A stretch of 64,000 nt of DNA from assembly GCA_964610055.1 (NCBI GenBank), contig CAZSUC010000001.1:431912-495911 (forward strand), written 5' to 3'. A model generated the notes under the pieces. It saw nothing but the letters and a program-made list of their open reading frames with translations, did no database searches and was not told the origin of the DNA. Below are positions 59,313 to 64,000 of the stretch, one piece after another. A program made the position numbers and the translations under genes. This DNA is from an uncultured Candidatus Saccharibacteria bacterium. Its GTDB lineage: Bacteria > Patescibacteriota > Andersenbacteria > UBA10190. Position 1 is the first letter of the stretch. Every line of letters starts with the position of its first letter.

Positions 59313-59392
59313 GGTACCGGGAACTCATCTTCCCCCCCCTAATTCCCCGCCACCATCCGCTGTCTTTTTCAAGACAGCGGATTATTGAAACA
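59313..59392 (+). repeat. direct repeat copy 2 (perfect 12-bp stem ATCCGCTGTCTT/AAGACAGCGGAT)
   Basis: CTGGTACCGGGAACTCATCTTCCCCCCCCTAATTCCCCGCCACCATCCGCTGTCTTTTTCAAGACAGCGGATTATTG. Confidence 0.7.
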
Positions 59393-59765
59393 CTTTCATT
59401 GGATCTGAGCCCCAGTAAACAGCTCGAATTTTATCTGTCTTATCAAGCTCGTATTTCAATATCTCTCCAATGCCATCAAAATCATTACCACCAGTAATTT
59501 GAAACATATCCTTCCCTGCTAATTTCAAAGGAGATAATCCATCTGTCGGATCATGGGCAAGCGGAAAAAACATACACAAAGAACCGTTGATTTCAATCAC
59601 ATCAGTTTCTCCCCAACGCGAAGTAAAACGTCCTTCATATTTACTTAAATTAATTTGACTCTTTTTCTCTTGCGTATTTAGAAAATGCCATAAAGTCGAG
59701 AATATGCCATCTATCAATATAAACGGCAAGCGTGAAGATAAACAAGCTATTCTGGCGTGTGTCAC
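59382..59765 (-). CDS. hypothetical protein
   Basis: 127-aa ORF between repeat copy 2 and tRNA-Gln(UUG). Confidence 0.35.
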   Translation of the reverse strand: MTHARIACLSSRLPFILIDGIFSTLWHFLNTQEKKSQINLSKYEGRFTSRWGETDVIEINGSLCMFFPLAHDPTDGLSPLKLAGKDMFQITGGNDFDGIGEILKYELDKTDKIRAVYWGSDPMKVFQ

Positions 59766-59818
59766 TACGGTTTTGTATCTGAAGTCAAAAGCAATCAGAA
59801 CCTCGCGACCGAAACTAG

Positions 59819-60526
59819 TTAATCGGCCACAAATAAGTGAATGACTAACTGATTAGCGAAATCATATACATTCAAAAACATTTGTTTATCAACAAACCTC
59901 TTTGCAGTATCCCAAATTATCGGGTTGTCTTTGGCGAGCACATCCAATTCTTCCATCGTTCTGGTTTTAAGATTTACATGTTTCACTTTTGGCGCGACTA
60001 CGTCCTTGGTTAACTTTTTTATATTGTAATGAAGATAAGGATTTCTAACCGTATTTTTAAAACTATTCAACTGCTTCACCATTTTTCCGTCAATAAGTTC
60101 AATATTTTTTGCCTCAACAATGACAGATCCTAGCTCCATTGATTCAATTCTATCCCACTCCTCTTGGCTGTAAGTTTCTCCGGATTTCTTTTTAACGATG
60201 GCATACTTTATAGAAAATTCTACAAGAATAGCGCTAAGGGAAATAGCTGCGCCATACAATCCAAAAAGGATGCACTCTCTTATTTCGTTATAAAGAGTCT
60301 CAATTTCTGGGATTGCGATAGTAGGAGTCTTGGGTAGCTTTTCAATAATGGCAAGGGCCTCTAATCTCCTTTGCTTAAATAACTCCTCGACAAACTGATC
60401 TGCTGTTTTTGTAATGTGTTTGATATCGGCTCCTTGTTTTTCGAGCTCCTTTAGGGTTTCTGGATTTGCAATAATATGCGTGCTTCCTTTCGCTAATTCT
60501 GATAGAAAATCGTTAATGTCTTGCAT
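59819..60526 (-). CDS. hypothetical protein adjacent to tRNA-Gln(UUG)
   Basis: 235-aa ORF, low GC, no recognisable motif. Confidence 0.4.
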   Translation of the reverse strand: MQDINDFLSELAKGSTHIIANPETLKELEKQGADIKHITKTADQFVEELFKQRRLEALAIIEKLPKTPTIAIPEIETLYNEIRECILFGLYGAAISLSAILVEFSIKYAIVKKKSGETYSQEEWDRIESMELGSVIVEAKNIELIDGKMVKQLNSFKNTVRNPYLHYNIKKLTKDVVAPKVKHVNLKTRTMEELDVLAKDNPIIWDTAKRFVDKQMFLNVYDFANQLVIHLFVAD

Positions 60527-60572
60527 AGGAGGTTGGATAGGAAATGGTCGGTTTTAGAACCTGTTTTTAGTG

Positions 60573-60643
60573 TTCCGGGACAGGGATTCGAACCCCGATT
60601 CACGGCTCCAAAGGCCGCTGTCCTGCCATTAGACGATCCCGGA
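60573..60643 (-). tRNA. tRNA-Gln (anticodon UUG)
   Basis: Same acceptor and T arms as the CUG isoacceptor (tccggga...ggggTTCGAATccctgtcccgga); anticodon arm gcggc-ctTTGga-gccgt. Confidence 0.7.
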
Positions 60644-60686
60644 TTGGTATGGCTTACTATACTGAAAATCTGTTTCAGCGGCAAGT

Positions 60687-62183
60687 TCAGCCAAACGCCT
60701 CTTTAACTGCACTTAAAAGCTCATCTTCTTGGGCATTTGGTTTAGGAATTGCCAGTTCATTCCGACTACTCGGCTCCGCCAATGCACATTGCACCGTCAA
60801 TTGCTTCCCTAAAATCTCGTTTAGAGCTTGTTCCAACACCTGCTTATTCTCCGCTTTATTCAAAAAATTAAAATGCAGAGCGTAAGCCGCTTCCAATTTT
60901 ACGGTTTTGCCTGACGTTTCAACAGGATGCATGGCGCGTAAAAAGGTTGATCCTACCGGATTAGTTTTACGGACCGCTTCAATCAATTGTGGCCAGATTT
61001 TTTGAATAGCTTCCACCGTTACTTCGCCCACGGCTTGTGGCTCCGTTATTGGTGCTGGTACTGGCGCTGCAATCTCTATTTTCGCTGCCGGTACTGGGGT
61101 TGGCTTTGGCGTGGTCGATGTTACCTCTCCTTTTTTTGAACAAATAGTCGCAATCGCTATCTGTACTGCTATGATCGGCTGCGGCACATATGCCAAATCT
61201 TGGACTGCTTGAAGTAAAGTGCGCACTATGCCTAAAAGTTTTGTTCTGGCACCTGGTAAGGACGCAAATTCAAACGGCAATTGTTTATCTTCTTTGATCA
61301 AAGCCAGTAACGCATCTCGCGCGGCCAAAACGCTTTCGTGCAATAGCTGCTCCGGATCAAATCCTTGCCCAAAAGCTTCTTCTAAAGCTGCTAATGATGG
61401 TTGTGATTCTCCTGTTACTAAGCCACCTAAAAATTTCTCTAATACTACCTTTGGCGGCAATCCCAGAAAATCATTTAAATGCTGTGCTTGAATTTGGCCT
61501 TCGTCGTAGACTGACAAGACTTGGCCCAACATTGATTCTGCATCACGGTAACATCCGTCGCTGCGATTGATAATCAACTCCAGCGCCGCGTCCTCCGCCT
61601 CACGTTTTTCTTGAGCTAGTAAATATTTAAGCCGAGCTTGCATTTGATCATGGGTCGCGCGTCGAAACCGAAAAACTTGGCAACGAGACAAAATCGTGTC
61701 TGGAACTTTATGAAATTCAGTTGTCGCTAAAACAAAAATAGCGTGCTTAACCGGTTCCTCCAGTGTTTTTAATAAAGCTGTGAAAGCCGGACCCGACAGC
61801 ATATGCACTTCATCCACAATATATATTTTATATTTCCCCATCCCCGGTGCTAATCCGATTCCTTCTTGCAAAGCGCGAATATCGTCAATACTGCGATTAC
61901 TTGCCGCATCGATTTCAATAATATCCATACTTTGGTTTGATTGAACGGCTTGGCAATGCTGGCATTTCCCGCATGGCTCTGGACCGTCTGGATCCGTGCA
62001 GTTTAATCTCTTCGCAAAGACTCGAGCCGTGGTCGTTTTGCCAGTGCCGCGAGGGCCATGAAAAACATACGCATGCGCCAAGCGATCTTGAATTATCGCT
62101 CGGCCTAGCGTCTGCGTAATATGTTCTTGTCCGCTAATATCCTGAAACTTTTGCGGACGGTATTGCCGATATAGTGTTGCCAT
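60687..62183 (-). CDS. dnaX: DNA polymerase III subunit gamma/tau
   Basis: 498 aa; AAA+ Walker A GPRGTGKTT, zinc module CGKCQHC, sensor motifs. Confidence 0.9.
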   Translation of the reverse strand: MATLYRQYRPQKFQDISGQEHITQTLGRAIIQDRLAHAYVFHGPRGTGKTTTARVFAKRLNCTDPDGPEPCGKCQHCQAVQSNQSMDIIEIDAASNRSIDDIRALQEGIGLAPGMGKYKIYIVDEVHMLSGPAFTALLKTLEEPVKHAIFVLATTEFHKVPDTILSRCQVFRFRRATHDQMQARLKYLLAQEKREAEDAALELIINRSDGCYRDAESMLGQVLSVYDEGQIQAQHLNDFLGLPPKVVLEKFLGGLVTGESQPSLAALEEAFGQGFDPEQLLHESVLAARDALLALIKEDKQLPFEFASLPGARTKLLGIVRTLLQAVQDLAYVPQPIIAVQIAIATICSKKGEVTSTTPKPTPVPAAKIEIAAPVPAPITEPQAVGEVTVEAIQKIWPQLIEAVRKTNPVGSTFLRAMHPVETSGKTVKLEAAYALHFNFLNKAENKQVLEQALNEILGKQLTVQCALAEPSSRNELAIPKPNAQEDELLSAVKEAFG

Positions 62184-62198
62184 ATCCCCCTCTGGTCT

Positions 62199-62708
62199 TT
62201 ATCTGGCTCCAAAGCGCACAGATTTTGTCTTACGGTTAAACACTAAGAATTTACTGCCAATAAAATTCACAAACAAGATAATTCCAATCGCTAACGCTTT
62301 GGCTACATTGTCTTTTTGCGCGCCAAACAATGTTTCCATTATCGGTACATTGAAAGTGAAATATGACATTAACAATTGATTCAAAACCCATGTTACAGCG
62401 TTTAATCCAAAATATCCGAACCACTGCTGGACTACTTTCTCACTCTTGTCTTTAAACGTCCAATATTTATTAAACAAGAAATTGCTGACGATAGCCGCAA
62501 ACACACTGACATTATTTGCCGCCACAATCTTTTGGCCGAAAACCACATAAAAAGTTGTCCAGCCGGCGCCTCTGACTAATAAATTATATGTTGAAAAATC
62601 AACAATCGCACCGATCGTTCCTGTCACTCCAAACTTTAAAAATTGCCGCGCTGTATTTTGATACTTAAACGGCAGCCAGCCAATCATTTTGTTAATCAAT
62701 TGATTCAT
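62199..62708 (-). CDS. GtrA-family membrane protein
   Basis: 169 aa, 4 TM, GtrA-like N-terminus (FLKFGVTGTIGAIVDF). Confidence 0.55.
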   Translation of the reverse strand: MNQLINKMIGWLPFKYQNTARQFLKFGVTGTIGAIVDFSTYNLLVRGAGWTTFYVVFGQKIVAANNVSVFAAIVSNFLFNKYWTFKDKSEKVVQQWFGYFGLNAVTWVLNQLLMSYFTFNVPIMETLFGAQKDNVAKALAIGIILFVNFIGSKFLVFNRKTKSVRFGAR

Positions 62709-62720
62709 ATCTTATTTACT

Positions 62721-63263
62721 TTATTTCCGGTGTATAACATTTTCAACTGCTCCCCATTCAGCTTCGCCGTTTTGCGGTAGCAAAACCGCCACCTCATCAC
62801 CTTCTTCTGCTTTGTAAAATGTCACACTAGCTAACAAAACCCGGTAAGTCTGTTCCGGAGTCTCAACCCCAAAATTTCCATGTTCATCCACGACCAATGT
62901 TCCAGTCACCCGCTTGCGCTCAACCGGTCCGACTTGCTTATACGTAAACGAACCTTCTGTGCCAATAGTCAGTTTTAAAATATCTCCCTCAACCAATTTT
63001 GATTTTGACGCGTAATTTGGTGGTACTGGATATTCTTCCCCGTCGTTACCTCGCATATTTTGTCCATCAAACACACCTTCCACAATTCTCTCTCCTGATG
63101 GTTGCGTAACTGGCTCAGGCACTACTGGTTCTGAATGACTGCTGTACGTTTCACTTAAGTTTCCTTCCGCATCTTCTAAAATTTGACGAACATATTGGAC
63201 GCTGCGCTCAGCCTCATCCAAGCGTTGTTTGATTAAAGCTAATGTTCTCGCGTCGAAATTCAT
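62721..63263 (-). CDS. hypothetical protein
   Basis: 180-aa ORF, N-terminal coiled coil; no motif recognised. Confidence 0.4.
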   Translation of the reverse strand: MNFDARTLALIKQRLDEAERSVQYVRQILEDAEGNLSETYSSHSEPVVPEPVTQPSGERIVEGVFDGQNMRGNDGEEYPVPPNYASKSKLVEGDILKLTIGTEGSFTYKQVGPVERKRVTGTLVVDEHGNFGVETPEQTYRVLLASVTFYKAEEGDEVAVLLPQNGEAEWGAVENVIHRK

Positions 63264-63373
63264 ATTTTTGTTTTATGTATCAGTAAATCGTTATTCTTAT
63301 TCTACATCATGCTTGCAGACTGCAAAAGTCAATTTTATTCAAAAAAAAGCAAATTTCCGCTAAACTTACTCGC

Positions 63374-64000
63374 ATGAACCGAGTGTTCGCTACCTGGTTA
63401 TTAATTTTCATAGTTGTTGGTGGAATTGGCTTACGCTCTTATCATCTTACTGCGCGCAGTCTTTGGTTCGACGAAGCTTTCTCTTGGCGCTTAATTCAGT
63501 TTCCGGTTTCGGAAATGATTGTACGGGATGCAACCGATGTTCATCCTCCTTTGTATTATCTCGCCTTAAAGGGTTGGGCTTTTATTTTTGGCACTTCATT
63601 ATTATCCTTGCGTAGTTTTTCAGTTTTTTGTGCTGGCCTTACTATTGCCGCTGCTTATCTATTAGTCTCATATGGTTTTAAATCTCGATATGCTGGTTTT
63701 GTCGCCGCCTTATTAATTGCGGTCTCCGGTTTTCAAATTCAATACGGTTGGGAAGCTCGTATGTATACTTTAGGCACCGCTTTGGCGCTATGGTCAACGT
63801 ACGTGCTCTTAAAAGCCATTCGGACGCAACACAGTGAATCATTTGGCTGGTGGATGTTGTATGCCGTTTCCGCTGCTCTGCTAGCTTACACTCATTATTA
63901 CGCCTTCTTTACTTTAGTTGGTCACGCCATCTTTGTGGCTGGCTTTTTCTTAGTTCAAACTCGAGGGCGCATTGGTGAACTTATCCAATCATCTTCTTTC
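63374..64000 (+). CDS. ArnT/PMT-like (GT39/GT83-type) membrane glycosyltransferase, 3' end beyond window
   Basis: ATG at 63374; TM-rich N-terminus with LWFDEAFSW and YGWEARMYT segments typical of GT-C glycosyltransferases; no stop in window. Confidence 0.55.
   Translation, partial: MNRVFATWLLIFIVVGGIGLRSYHLTARSLWFDEAFSWRLIQFPVSEMIVRDATDVHPPLYYLALKGWAFIFGTSLLSLRSFSVFCAGLTIAAAYLLVSYGFKSRYAGFVAALLIAVSGFQIQYGWEARMYTLGTALALWSTYVLLKAIRTQHSESFGWWMLYAVSAALLAYTHYYAFFTLVGHAIFVAGFFLVQTRGRIGELIQSSSF

Noticed and set aside
60493-60706. Two short ORFs (63 aa and 61 aa)
   Set aside because: Both overlap tRNA-Gln(UUG)

Overview
This is a low-GC (~42%) bacterial chromosomal window with Shine-Dalgarno-bearing genes, and UGA is a stop codon (a prfB gene with the classic +1 frameshift site is present). 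Taxonomy is uncertain; a reduced-genome lineage, possibly Patescibacteria-like, is a guess. The core genome on the left encodes a NUDIX hydrolase, a WecB/TagA glycosyltransferase, a PriA-like protein, and a complete A/V-type ATPase operon in archaeal gene order (H-I-K-E-C-F-A-B-D, minus strand). Next to it are split transketolase, rpe and rpiB. From about 19.2 to 35.1 kb lies a mobile/defence island abutting the 3' end of a tRNA-Gln(CUG). It carries an XRE regulator, then a minus-strand operon for a YfhO-like membrane protein, a multi-zinc-ribbon protein, a TIR-domain protein with an intact catalytic Glu motif, and a small unknown protein. Upstream of that operon is a structured leader RNA with a three-way alternative-pairing 10-mer. 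The island also has a promoter, 18-codon ORF and strong terminator unit, then a phage packaging remnant (ParB-domain-DNA methyltransferase fusion, terminase small and large subunits) with no structural genes. It ends with an unknown 381-aa protein, a large serine recombinase and a 1106-aa SF2 DEAH helicase with a C-terminal nuclease-like domain. The right side returns to core genes (FtsEX, prfB, HtrA, TrxB, XseAB, DnaX and others) interspersed with five tRNAs. It includes a higher-GC acquired block at 56.8-59.3 kb bracketed by ~75-bp direct repeats and a small cassette next to tRNA-Gln(UUG). The strongest candidates for undescribed biology are the TIR operon with its RNA switch and the stand-alone helicase-nuclease gene.
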